Assembly (NCBI GenBank): GCA_031409655.1
Contig: JANNXQ010000130.1
Span: 1 to 64,000 of the forward strand
Reading direction: 5' to 3'
Length of the DNA: 64,000 nucleotides
DNA from: Chthoniobacteraceae bacterium
GTDB taxonomy: Bacteria; Verrucomicrobiota; Verrucomicrobiia; Chthoniobacterales; Chthoniobacteraceae
Shown here: positions 54,724 to 63,942 of the stretch, piece by piece
Position numbering within the stretch: position 1 is the first letter of the stretch
Layout: the number at the start of each line of letters is the position of its first letter
Program-made: the position numbers and the translations under genes
Notes under the pieces: generated by a model
Told to the model about the DNA's origin: nothing
The model's database searches: none
Seen by the model: only the letters and a program-made list of their open reading frames with translations

Positions 54724-56369
54724 CGCCCACGGAACGCCTCCGGCACGAACTCCGCATCGCTCGCTTCCGCGACGGCGAGGCCGATCTGGAAATCCATGAT
54801 CTCCCGCGCGACCGGACTGCGATACCCGGCGAGCACCGTGCGGAGCACTTCGCTCAGCGGTGCGCCGCCGGTTTGCACGGTGCGGTAGAGTTTGATTGCC
54901 AGCGTCTCGGCAGCGCCGGGTGTGAGAAGCGTCGGGAGTAAATCGCGGAGCGCGGGGAATTCCGTTTCGGGGATTTCGAGATCGAGTCGTTTCGCGAGCA
55001 CTCGCAGGAGCGAGAAGCTTTCCTCCGGCGTCGTTGTCGGGAAGATCGGGATCTTCATATCCACGCGACCCGGTCGCTTGAGATCGACTTCGATCAAGTC
55101 CGGCCGGCTTGAGGCGAGGATCCAGACGATTTTCCCGCGGTTGGCCGTGTTGCTCATCTCTTTCGCAAACATCGAATACACGCGGCCCGAGAGGCCCGAG
55201 TCGTTGCTCCCGGCGTCGCGGCGTCCGAGCGCCTGATCGGCTTCGTCGATGAAGACAAAGCACCGCCCGAGCGCCTGGAGCAAGCGGAAGATTTTTTCGA
55301 GATTGCCCTCAGTGCTGCCCACCCATTTGTCGCGGAAGTTTTTGATCTTCACCACGGGGACGTCCGCCTCGCCGGCCAGGCACTCGACGAGGTACGTCTT
55401 GCCCGTGCCCACCGGGCCGCAGACCAGGTAACCCATCGGCATCGCGCGGAGATCGTTCTGCTTCCACAGCGCCAGATCCTGGCGCAGCCACTCCTTGAGC
55501 TTTGGCTGGCCGTGGAAATCGTCGAGCGTGCGCCGCGATTCGGTGAACTCGATGAGCCCGTTGCAATCCTTCTCCACGAGTTCCTTTTTCAGCTTCACGA
55601 GATCGGCGGCGCGGATCGGTGCGCGGCGATGCTCGGCCAGCTTGAGCATATTGCCGGCGGCATTGAGCGTCGCGCCGGTGAGTTGCGCGGCGAGTCGCGG
55701 CAGGTCGGTGGAAAATTCCCGCAGCGCCGCCGGATGCCGCTCCACGAAAATCTCGAACGCGCCGCGCATTTCCTCCGGCGCAGGCAGCGGCAGCTTGATC
55801 GCGGCGGTTTGCGGATTGTTCACGAGCAGCGGATGCAGGTCGTTCAGATTCTCGACGATGAGGAAACTGACGAGCGACGAACGCAGCAGCAGTTTGTCGC
55901 CGGACCATTCGCGCAGCAGAGAGGCGAGGGCGTTGAGGTCGTAGTTCAGCGCGCCGGGCACCGCGGGCGCGACGAGCTGCGCGGCCTTGACCACGCAGCC
56001 CACCTGCACCGCCGGCTGCCCGAGTTGCGCGAGATTCGCCGCGTAGCGGAAGTAATGGGTGCAGGCCTCGATCGCCCCGCGCGGCGAGCGCCGATCGATG
56101 CTCTCCTGGGCGCTGCGCCACTGCGAAAAAATCTCGCCGCCCTTTTCCACACGCAAGCCATTGCCGAGATCGTAGCTGAGGATGACCTCGAACCGCGGCA
56201 GCAGCACTTTGTGCAGAAAATCGTCGAGTGTCCCGAGTGCTGCCTGACCGCCGAGCGGGAGGAGGAATTGATCGCCAGTGTTGCCGTAGAGGATGAACTG
56301 ATTCGCCGACTGGCTCTCATAGAGCGCGATCAGTTCGGTCGCCCACGAGGGGAGAGCGGGCGCGGTCAT
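54720..56369 (-). CDS. Classical-clade AAA+ ATPase with degenerate N-terminal domain
   Basis: Walker A GPVGTGKT, pore loop DKWVGSTE, Walker B VFIDEAD, SRH ASSRPDLIEVDLKRPGRVD. Confidence 0.9.
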   Translation of the reverse strand: MTAPALPSWATELIALYESQSANQFILYGNTGDQFLLPLGGQAALGTLDDFLHKVLLPRFEVILSYDLGNGLRVEKGGEIFSQWRSAQESIDRRSPRGAIEACTHYFRYAANLAQLGQPAVQVGCVVKAAQLVAPAVPGALNYDLNALASLLREWSGDKLLLRSSLVSFLIVENLNDLHPLLVNNPQTAAIKLPLPAPEEMRGAFEIFVERHPAALREFSTDLPRLAAQLTGATLNAAGNMLKLAEHRRAPIRAADLVKLKKELVEKDCNGLIEFTESRRTLDDFHGQPKLKEWLRQDLALWKQNDLRAMPMGYLVCGPVGTGKTYLVECLAGEADVPVVKIKNFRDKWVGSTEGNLEKIFRLLQALGRCFVFIDEADQALGRRDAGSNDSGLSGRVYSMFAKEMSNTANRGKIVWILASSRPDLIEVDLKRPGRVDMKIPIFPTTTPEESFSLLRVLAKRLDLEIPETEFPALRDLLPTLLTPGAAETLAIKLYRTVQTGGAPLSEVLRTVLAGYRSPVAREIMDFQIGLAVAEASDAEFVPEAFRGR

Positions 56370-56379
56370 CCGTGGATGC

Positions 56380-57132
56380 CTACGCCTGCGTCTCGGGGCC
56401 GAGCGTCTTCGTTACCGTGGTCGCTGCGGGCGCGCTCTCGGCGGACGGCGTCTCCAGCGCGAGACCTTCCCGCGCGGCAAAGTCCGCCAGTGCTTGATCC
56501 GCGAGCGCCTTCTGCTCCTCCTCCTTCACGCGCACCCCGGTCATGTCGATGGAATCCCGCGCGACCCGCGCCCGGCCCGCCGCCTTCTCCCGATCCTCCT
56601 CCACCATCTCGTGCAGCCGATTCAGCGTGTCGCCCGAACCACCGATGGTGCTGACCATGCCCGCCGCCATTTCCGCCATCTCCGCCGTGGCCTTCTTGAT
56701 CTTCAGATCGGTGAGGCTGTACTTCAGCGCCTCAATCTTGTCCTGCGCCGCCTTGATGGATACATCGCGCGCCCGGATGAGCTCCTGATATGTCTTCTCC
56801 GCCTGCGCGAGCTGGGTGCGATTCTCGGTGAGTTGCGAAGTGACCGACTGGAGCCGCAGCGCGTACTGCCCCGCGGCGTCGCGATTGCCGGCGCGCAGAT
56901 TCGCCGTGGCCTTGGCACGCAGGTCGCGCTCCTCGGTTTCGAGCTTTTTCACCTGCGTCATGAGTCGCTCGCACAACCCAGCGTGCGACGCGAGACCTTG
57001 ATTGTAATTGGCGATCTGCTTGCGCAGATTTTCCTTTTCCACCTCCATCAGCGCCTCGGGATTGGCCCGCTCCATCCCTGAGACAAAGAGGCCGAGAAAC
57101 CCACGGAAGAGATTGGCGATGCGCTTGAACAT
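56380..57132 (-). CDS. pspA: PspA/IM30 (Vipp1, ESCRT-III superfamily) protein
   Basis: Amphipathic N-terminus MFKRIANLFRG, E.ANPEALM, all-helical coiled coil, ANLRAGNRDAA, C-terminal ADQALADF. Confidence 0.8.
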   Translation of the reverse strand: MFKRIANLFRGFLGLFVSGMERANPEALMEVEKENLRKQIANYNQGLASHAGLCERLMTQVKKLETEERDLRAKATANLRAGNRDAAGQYALRLQSVTSQLTENRTQLAQAEKTYQELIRARDVSIKAAQDKIEALKYSLTDLKIKKATAEMAEMAAGMVSTIGGSGDTLNRLHEMVEEDREKAAGRARVARDSIDMTGVRVKEEEQKALADQALADFAAREGLALETPSAESAPAATTVTKTLGPETQA

Positions 57133-57394
57133 AGGGACGTGGAATGGAGACTATCGCCCGGCAAAAGAGCGGGCAATCCCCAAGAGCGCAGCGCACCCGC
57201 CTCTCCCGCATGGCTTTCCTCGACTTCCATTTCTTCTCCGCTGCGCTCGGCGTCACTTGCTCGACGCAGGTGCTCATCCCGCAGGCGACTGCCTCGCAGG
57301 TTGGCATGGTGGGATGCGGGCATCCAGCACGTGCTCGAATGGCTGGAGATTTTCCTGCTCAACTTTTCGCCCGGCGTGGGTTCTCCTCAGCACC

Positions 57395-57913
57395 ATGAAC
57401 CTCAAAGCAACCCTCACCGCGCTCTTCTCCCTCGCCTTCCTCCCCATCACTTCCCATGCCGAGCCACTGGCCCTTGGCGCACCGGCTCCCGACATCAGCG
57501 GGGTCGATCAGAATGGCAAGACCGTGAAATTCAAAGACGTGTATGCGAAAGGCCCGACGCTCGTTTATTTCTATCCCAAGGCCGACACCGGCGGCTGCAC
57601 CAAACAGGGCTGCAGCATTCGCGACTCCTGGACCGATCTCCAGGCGAAGGGCATGCAGGTGCTTGGCGTGAGCATCGATCCGGTCGAAGCGCAGAAGAAA
57701 TTCGCGGACAAAAATCAGTTCCCTTTCACCCTCATCGCCGACGCCGACGGCAAGGTCGCTGCGGCCTTCCAGGTGGACATGAGAGGCAAGATGACGATGC
57801 GCCAATCGTTCCTCGTCAAAGACGGCAAGATCGCCTGGACCATGCTCAAAGCCTCCACCGAAACTCATGCCAAGGACGTGCTGGACGCCGTCGCGGCGCT
57901 GCCAAAAAAATAA
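57395..57913 (+). CDS. bcp: Peroxiredoxin (BCP/PrxQ), exported
   Basis: YFYPKADTGGCTKQGCSIRD, LGVSID, FPFTLIAD; signal peptide; ATG at 57395. Confidence 0.88.
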   Translation: MNLKATLTALFSLAFLPITSHAEPLALGAPAPDISGVDQNGKTVKFKDVYAKGPTLVYFYPKADTGGCTKQGCSIRDSWTDLQAKGMQVLGVSIDPVEAQKKFADKNQFPFTLIADADGKVAAAFQVDMRGKMTMRQSFLVKDGKIAWTMLKASTETHAKDVLDAVAALPKK

Positions 57914-57933
57914 CCCGCCGAGCGTTTTTCACG

Positions 57934-57970
57934 AACGCGCGACTTCGCAAGAGGTCGCGCGTTTCGTTTT
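57934..57970 (+). terminator. Probable intrinsic terminator of bcp
   Basis: Stem AACGCGCGAC / GTCGCGCGTT followed by TCGTTTT. Confidence 0.55.
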
Positions 57971-57977
57971 GCGCCGC

Positions 57978-58114
57978 GCGCTTTGGAGTGCGGTGACTTG
58001 TCACCGCTTTCGCGCGAGCGACTTGTCGCTCGGCCCTGTCCCGTCCCACACCCACCGCAGCGGACAAGTCCGCTCCACCACAAAGCGCGGACAAGTCCGC
58101 GCAGTCCAAAGCGC
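57978..58114. repeat. Nested REPIN-like element, family C (TTTGGAGTGCGGTGACTTGTCACCGCTTT)
   Basis: Arms 57978-58010 and 58082-58114, plus inner hairpins GAGCGACTTGTCGCTC and AGCGGACAAGTCCGCT; lies between convergent bcp and xerD. Confidence 0.8.
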
Positions 58115-59073
58115 TACTTCGCCCGCGGATGGAAGCGGTGATGGACGCTTTTCAGGTGCCGCTGATCGACATGCGTGTAGATCTGCGTCGTCGCGATGTC
58201 GGCGTGGCCGAGGAGTTCCTGGATGATTCGCAAGTCCGCGCCATTTCCGAGCAGATGGGTGGCAAAGCTGTGCCGGAGGAGGTGCGGATACACATTCGTT
58301 TCGAGGCCCGCGAGTTTCGCCGCGCCTTTCACGATCTGCCAGACCCGCACCGTGGTGAGCTTGGTGCCGCGGGCGGAGAGGAAGACTTCATTGCCTGTGC
58401 GTTTCTTCACCTGCGCCGGACGCTCACGCGCGAGATATAGCTGGATGGCAGCGCACGCCTTGCTGCCCACGGGCACGAGCCGCGTTTTGCTGCCCTTCCC
58501 GGTGACGCGCAGAATGCGGTTGTCGAGATCGAGGAATTCGAGCCGCGCATTCACCAATTCGGACACCCGAAGCCCGCTGGCATAGAGCAGCTCAAGCATC
58601 GCTCGATCGCGCAGCCCGCGCGGCGCGTTCACATCGATGCCGTCGAGCAGCCGCTCCACTTGCAGCTCATTGAGCGTCTCCGGCAGATAGCGCTCGATGC
58701 GCGGCAGCGGGAAGACCTCCGCCGGGTCACGCTCCAGCCGCTTCCGCGCGACCAGCCAGCGGAAGAAGATCTTGATCGCTACCACCACGAGCTTGATCGA
58801 CGAAGCCGCGAGACCCGTCCGTTTTTTGTGCGCGAGGTAATCCGTGATGAGCGCCGACGTCACCTCTCGCGCTTCGAAGACCGGCTCCGGAGGCGGCGTG
58901 CCCACTCGGATCATCTGCTGCAACGCCGCGTCCCCGATTTGCTCCACGAGCCGCCGCCGCTCGAGCCAATGCGCGAAGCCCTCCAGCGAAAGGCGCGTCG
59001 AGAGCTGGTAATTATCCGAGAGCCCGCGCTCGGTCGCGAGGTAGAGGAGGAAGTCTTCGATCTCAGCGCGCAC
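58114..59073 (-). CDS. xerD: Tyrosine recombinase XerD
   Basis: RDRAMLELLYASGLRVSEL, GKGSKTRLVP, PHLLRHSFATHLL, LLGHADIATTQIYTHV, HPRA. Confidence 0.88.
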   Translation of the reverse strand: MRAEIEDFLLYLATERGLSDNYQLSTRLSLEGFAHWLERRRLVEQIGDAALQQMIRVGTPPPEPVFEAREVTSALITDYLAHKKRTGLAASSIKLVVVAIKIFFRWLVARKRLERDPAEVFPLPRIERYLPETLNELQVERLLDGIDVNAPRGLRDRAMLELLYASGLRVSELVNARLEFLDLDNRILRVTGKGSKTRLVPVGSKACAAIQLYLARERPAQVKKRTGNEVFLSARGTKLTTVRVWQIVKGAAKLAGLETNVYPHLLRHSFATHLLGNGADLRIIQELLGHADIATTQIYTHVDQRHLKSVHHRFHPRAK

Positions 59074-59101
59074 GCTGCGGCTTTAACAGAACCGCCGCAC
59101 T

Positions 59102-59992
59102 TCAACAGCTTCCTTCCAACTTCCGTCCCGTGAGACGCTCGAAAGCTTCGAGGTACTTCGCGCTCGTCCTGGCGATGACTTCCGACGGCAGCGCGGGGGC
59201 CGGCGGCGTCTTGTCCCAGGGGAGCGTCTCGAGGTAGTCGCGGACGAATTGCTTGTCGTAGCTCGGCGGGCTGATGCCGGTGCGGTATTCGTCCGCGGGC
59301 CAGAAGCGGGAGCTGTCGGGCGTAAGGCATTCGTCGATCAGGATCACGCGGCCATCGAGCAGGCCAAACTCGAACTTCGTATCCGCGACGATGATGCCTC
59401 GCCCGGCAGCGTAGGCACGCCCTTCTTCGTAAATGCGCAGACTCAGCGCGCGCACTTGCGTGGCCACGTCTTCGCCAACGATGCGCCGGCATTCGTCCCA
59501 GGAGATGTTTTCGTCGTGGCCGCTCGCGGCTTTGGTCGAAGGCGTGAAGATGGGCTCCGGCAATTGCTGCGCCTGCTGCAAGCTGGCTGGCAAGGCGATG
59601 CCGCAGATGCTCTGGCGCTCGCGATATTCCTTCCAGCCACTGCCGGCGAGGTAGCCACGCACCACGCACTCGACGGCAAGCGGCTGGGCTTTTTTCACGA
59701 CCATCGCCCGCTGGGAAAGCTGCGCAGCAAAGGGCTGGAGGGCCGCTGGGAAATCGCGAACCTCCGTCGCGACGACATGACTTTCGACGAAGCCGAAGCG
59801 CTCAAACCAGAATGCGGAGATGGCAGTGAGGACCGCGCCTTTGTGCGGGATGGGATTCGGCAGGATGCAATCGAAGGCGCTGATGCGATCCGTGGCGACG
59901 AGGAGGAGGTGTTCGCCGAGGTCGAAAATTTCGCGCACTTTGCCACTGGCGATTTTGCGGATGCCGGGGAGATCGAGGGTCAGGAGGTCCAT
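59102..59992 (-). CDS. purC: SAICAR synthase
   Basis: GKVREIF, TDRISAFD, ECVVRGYLAGSGW, ADTKFEFG, DECLTPDSSRFW, DKQFVRD; ATG at 59992. Confidence 0.96.
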   Translation of the reverse strand: MDLLTLDLPGIRKIASGKVREIFDLGEHLLLVATDRISAFDCILPNPIPHKGAVLTAISAFWFERFGFVESHVVATEVRDFPAALQPFAAQLSQRAMVVKKAQPLAVECVVRGYLAGSGWKEYRERQSICGIALPASLQQAQQLPEPIFTPSTKAASGHDENISWDECRRIVGEDVATQVRALSLRIYEEGRAYAAGRGIIVADTKFEFGLLDGRVILIDECLTPDSSRFWPADEYRTGISPPSYDKQFVRDYLETLPWDKTPPAPALPSEVIARTSAKYLEAFERLTGRKLEGSC

Positions 59993-60017
59993 GGAAAAAA
60001 CTTGGGCGGGGCGAGAG

Positions 60018-60902
60018 TTAATGGCTGCGGGGCGCGGTGGCGGAGAGAAAAATGTGCGGCAGCAAATTGAGTCGCGATGGCGTGAGTTTCCACGCGCGCC
60101 ACAAAAGCGCCGTGCTCTGGCGCGGATCGGCAGCGCGCAGCAGGCGTCCGTGATTGGAGAGTGCCTCGGACAGACACTCGCGGCGCAGGGACGCAGGGAC
60201 GACGGAAAGCGCTCGGTGCTTTTCGAAAAAAGCCACCTCCTGCTGCGCCCAGACGAGCGTGCGAGCCATGGCGCTGGCCGCGTGTTTGGCGTAGTGGCAG
60301 GTGACTTCGCTGGTCTCGGCGAGGCGCGCGCCGAGCAGGGCACAGCGCAGCCAGTAGTCCCGATCCTCACCGACGCAGAAGGTTTCATCGAAACTTCCCA
60401 CCTTCTCCGCGAGCGAACGGCGGAGCGCGACGCAGGAGGAAGTCATGATCGCGCTGCGCTCGAAAAGGCCACGCACCGGAGCGGCGAAAAAGCTCGTCGG
60501 CGGCACGTACGTCTCCAACTCGCTCCCACTGGCGAGGTCGAAGGTCTGCAGGCGCGCGACGGCGAGATCGGCCCCGGCCTCGAGGGTCTCGCGAGCGCGG
60601 AGGAGATGCTGCGGCGTCCAGCGGTCGTCCGCATCGAGGAAGGCGAGCCCTTCACTCTGCGCCAGTTCCAGCAGACGATTGCGCGCTGCCGCCACGCCTC
60701 GATTCGTCCCGAGATTTTCGTACTGCACCCGGCGGGATTCGCCGCTGGCAAAAGCGCGCACGATCTCCTCCGTCCCGTCGCGCGATCCATCCTCGACGAC
60801 GATCAACTCCCAATCCTGGTGCTCCTGCGCCCGCAGGCTCTGCAAGGCTGACGGCAGGAAGCGCCCCGCCTGGTAGGCCGCGATGAGGACGCTGAATTTC
60901 AA
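60018..60902 (-). CDS. Family 2 glycosyltransferase
   Basis: SVLIAAYQ, IVVEDGSRD, GVAAARN, FLDADD, GEDRDYW. Confidence 0.9.
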   Translation of the reverse strand: MKFSVLIAAYQAGRFLPSALQSLRAQEHQDWELIVVEDGSRDGTEEIVRAFASGESRRVQYENLGTNRGVAAARNRLLELAQSEGLAFLDADDRWTPQHLLRARETLEAGADLAVARLQTFDLASGSELETYVPPTSFFAAPVRGLFERSAIMTSSCVALRRSLAEKVGSFDETFCVGEDRDYWLRCALLGARLAETSEVTCHYAKHAASAMARTLVWAQQEVAFFEKHRALSVVPASLRRECLSEALSNHGRLLRAADPRQSTALLWRAWKLTPSRLNLLPHIFLSATAPRSH

Positions 60903-60907
60903 TCCGC

Positions 60908-61474
60908 TCAGTCTCGCCCCTGGCGCTCCGTGCGCTCATCGGGATCGAGCGGTTCGGTGGGGTCGATGCGGGTCTGATCCAGACGGCGCGTGGAGTAGGT
61001 CTTCCGCTCGGTCGCCGACTTGCTGAGCGAGCCATCGATTTTCAGGATGCGCGCATTGAGCAGCGCGTAGTAGCGCTTCATCGCCTCCCGCTTTTCGAGG
61101 TCCGTCTTCGCCTTCTCCGCGGCCTCGAGCGCGGCCAGCACCGCGGGATCCCGCACCGCTTTGTTTTTCGCGAGCCGATACTGGATGCGCTGTTTCACAT
61201 CCTCCTCGGCGGCGGTCGTCTTGTTCGTCTTCGGGCGCGCTGGCGCCGATGAGGAGGAAGAGGACGACGACCGCGAAGACGAAGGCTGCGGAATGGCCGA
61301 ACCCCGCGGCTTCGGGTTCTGCGGGATGTTGTCGGGGATCAGGAAATCCGTCGGCGCTGGCTCCGGGGCGAGTTGCAGTGGTTTTTCAGCGGGGGCCGCG
61401 GGCGCCTTTGCCTGGGCAAAGGCGGCGGGCAGCGTGAGCAGGAATACGGCAAGGGAGAGGGTCGCAATTTTCAT
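60908..61474 (-). CDS. Exported hypothetical protein with Pro/Ser-rich linker
   Basis: Signal peptide MKIATLSLAVFLLTLPAAFA; poly-Ser; helical C-terminus; ATG at 61474. Confidence 0.7.
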   Translation of the reverse strand: MKIATLSLAVFLLTLPAAFAQAKAPAAPAEKPLQLAPEPAPTDFLIPDNIPQNPKPRGSAIPQPSSSRSSSSSSSSAPARPKTNKTTAAEEDVKQRIQYRLAKNKAVRDPAVLAALEAAEKAKTDLEKREAMKRYYALLNARILKIDGSLSKSATERKTYSTRRLDQTRIDPTEPLDPDERTERQGRD

Positions 61475-61550
61475 GAGCAGGAAAGGAGGAGTAAGATGAT
61501 GGCGGAAAGTTTTCGTTTGAAAAGGCCGCCTTCCCGCGCCACTCCCGCTA

Positions 61551-62819
61551 ATGCCATCGCTCGTCCGCACGCTGCGCCCGCTCGACCTCGACCTCACGCC
61601 GGTCGAGGTTGCCGCGCGCTGCCGCGATCTGCCGGGGTGCGTGTTCTTTGATACCGCGTCCGAAGGCCGCAGTGCGGATGAAATCTCCATCGTCGCCGCG
61701 CGTCCGACGGAGATCATCCGTGGCCGATCGGACACCGATTGGCAGCGCCTGCGCGGCGCGCTCGCGGCGCGGACTGGAGGCGTGCAGTGCGACGACGGCC
61801 TGCCGCGCGGCTTCGCAGCGGGGAGCGTGGACTACGACGGCGCGTTTTGCTTCGGCTTCTACGACGACGCGCTCATCTTCCGACACGCGGATGAGACGTG
61901 GCACGCCACAGGCGAAATGTGGACGCATCTCCAGGAGAAAGGGCGCCCTCGCCCCGAGTTTCAACAAGGGGGCGAGGGCGCCCCTGCTCCTTGTTTCTCC
62001 CCCACGATGACGCGGGAGCATTTCTGCAGCATGGTCGCGCGTGCGCAGGACTACATCACCGCTGGCGACATCTATCAGGTGAATCTTGCGCACCGCTTCA
62101 CCGCCTCGTGGAGCGGCGACGCCTTCGCCTTTTACGAAGCCCTCCGCCATTACTCCCCCGCTCCCCACGGCGCGTATCTCGATCTTGGCGACCGCCAGAT
62201 CCTCTCTACTTCACCCGAATCCTTTCTCCGCCTGAGCGGCAGCACCGTGCGCACGCGCCCGATCAAAGGCACCCGCCCGCGCCGCGCCGATCTGAAGGCC
62301 GACGAAAAATCCGCTTACGACCTGCTCACTTCGCCGAAGGAAATCGCCGAGCTGGTGATGATCACCGATCTGGAGCGCAACGACCTCGGCCAGGTCTGCG
62401 AGTATGGCAGCGTCGCCGTCACCGAGCTGCTGAAACTCGAACGCTACGAGCAAGTCTTCCACCTGGTCTCCACCGTCGAAGGCCGACTGCGCCCCGAGGT
62501 CGATCACATCGCCGCCCTCCGCGCCTGCTTCCCCGGCGGCTCGATCACTGGCGCGCCGAAAAAACGCGCCCGAGAAATCATCGCCGAACTCGAACCCGAA
62601 CTGCGCGGCCTCTACACCGGTGCCATCGGCTGGTTCGGCTTCAACGGCGAGAGCCAGTTCAACATCGCCATCCGCACCGTCATCGCCGAGCGCGACACGC
62701 TGCACTTCCACGTCGGTGCGGGGATCGTCGCGGACTCCGTGCCAGAGCGGGAATGGCAGGAGACCCTGGACAAAGCCGCCGGCATCCTGCTGGCGGCAGA
62801 GCGCCTCGCGCGGAAGTAG
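61551..62819 (+). CDS. pabB: Aminodeoxychorismate synthase component I (chorismate-binding MST family)
   Basis: GDIYQVNL, SPESFL, TRPIKGTRPR, ELVMITDLERNDL, FPGGSITGAPK; PIKGT rather than the TrpE-type PIAGT. Confidence 0.8.
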   Translation: MPSLVRTLRPLDLDLTPVEVAARCRDLPGCVFFDTASEGRSADEISIVAARPTEIIRGRSDTDWQRLRGALAARTGGVQCDDGLPRGFAAGSVDYDGAFCFGFYDDALIFRHADETWHATGEMWTHLQEKGRPRPEFQQGGEGAPAPCFSPTMTREHFCSMVARAQDYITAGDIYQVNLAHRFTASWSGDAFAFYEALRHYSPAPHGAYLDLGDRQILSTSPESFLRLSGSTVRTRPIKGTRPRRADLKADEKSAYDLLTSPKEIAELVMITDLERNDLGQVCEYGSVAVTELLKLERYEQVFHLVSTVEGRLRPEVDHIAALRACFPGGSITGAPKKRAREIIAELEPELRGLYTGAIGWFGFNGESQFNIAIRTVIAERDTLHFHVGAGIVADSVPEREWQETLDKAAGILLAAERLARK

Positions 62820-62830
62820 CACGGGATCGT

Positions 62831-62923
62831 AGTAGCGCAGGCATCCTGCCTGTAAGGAGTGCTGAAGGCTTCCAGCCTGCAGCGTTCGTCCTCGATGGAT
62901 GCAGGCTGGAAGCCTGCGCTACT
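62831..62923. repeat. REPIN-like element, family B
   Basis: AGTAGCGCAGGCATCCTGCCTG ... AGGCTTCCAGCCTGCA ... TGCAGGCTGGAAGCCTGCGCTACT. Confidence 0.8.
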
Positions 62924-63006
62924 CCTCAGCCGCGCCATGCCGGAGTCGGCTGCGGAAACTCTTGGCTCATGGGTGCGAAGGCACTTTACTCTCCGCCCTC
63001 TCGCAT

Positions 63007-63930
63007 ATGGAAAAAGTCATCATCGTCGGAACCGGCTGCGCCGGGCTCACTGCTGCGATCTACGCGGCGCGCGCCAATCTCACTCCACTCGTGCTCGAAG
63101 GGCACGAGCCAGGCGGGCAGCTCTCGACGACGACGCTCGTGGAAAATTTTCCCGGCTTCCCTGAAGGAATCAATGGACCCGAGCTGATCATGAACATGAA
63201 GTCGCAAGCCGAACGCTTCGGCGCGCGGTTTGGGTATGAGTCGGTGGAGGGCTTTGAGAAAGCCGAGGACCATCTGCGCGTGAAAGTGGACGGTCAGTGG
63301 AAGGAGACGCGCACGCTGATCGTCGCGAGCGGCGCGAGTGCGAAGTGGCTCGGTCTGCCGAATGAAAAGAAGCTCGTCGGCCACGGGCTGACCTCGTGCG
63401 CGACCTGCGACGGCGCTTTCTACCGCAATGTGCCGGTGGCCGTGGTCGGCGGCGGCGACTCGGCCTGCGAAGAGGCGACCTTCCTTACGCGCTTTGCCTC
63501 GAAGGTGTACCTCGTGCATCGGCGCGACAGCTTGCGCGCGTCGAAGATCATGGCCGAGCGGGCGCTCGCGAATCCGAAGATCGAGCCGCTCTGGAATTCC
63601 GCGCCGGTGGAATATCTCGCGGACGGTGAAGGCGAGATGCGCGCGGTGAAATTGCGCGACACGACGAATGGCGCGGAGCGCGAAGTGGAAGTGAAGTGCG
63701 TCTTTGTGGCCATCGGCCACACCCCGAACACCGCGGCCTTTAAAGGCAAACTCGACATGGACGAGAACGGCTACCTGCTCCAGCGCGAGGGGACGAAGAC
63801 CAATGTGCCGGGCGTCTTTGCGGCGGGGGACGTGGCGGATCACGTCTATCGCCAGGCAATCACGGCGTCCGGCCAGGGCTGTGCGGCGGCGCTCGATGCA
63901 GAGAAGTATCTCGCGAACTTCGAGCACTGA
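63007..63930 (+). CDS. trxB: Thioredoxin-disulfide reductase
   Basis: GGQLSTTTLVENFPGF, SCATCDG, GGGDSACEEA, FAAGDVAD, YRQAITASGQG; ATG at 63007. Confidence 0.96.
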   Translation: MEKVIIVGTGCAGLTAAIYAARANLTPLVLEGHEPGGQLSTTTLVENFPGFPEGINGPELIMNMKSQAERFGARFGYESVEGFEKAEDHLRVKVDGQWKETRTLIVASGASAKWLGLPNEKKLVGHGLTSCATCDGAFYRNVPVAVVGGGDSACEEATFLTRFASKVYLVHRRDSLRASKIMAERALANPKIEPLWNSAPVEYLADGEGEMRAVKLRDTTNGAEREVEVKCVFVAIGHTPNTAAFKGKLDMDENGYLLQREGTKTNVPGVFAAGDVADHVYRQAITASGQGCAAALDAEKYLANFEH

Positions 63931-63942
63931 GGAGTGCGGCAT

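Noticed and set aside
57133..57394. Possible small ORF or RNA in the pspA-bcp divergent gap
   Set aside because: No convincing start or RBS, motif, stem or sigma54 -24/-12 element identified
58114..59073. Tyrosine recombinase as a prophage or island integrase
   Set aside because: XerD-type motifs and housekeeping context (purC); no att repeats, tRNA or phage genes
61551..62819. Calling this gene trpE because trpD is in the window
   Set aside because: PIKGT motif and short N-terminal region fit PabB better, and trpD is 12 kb away
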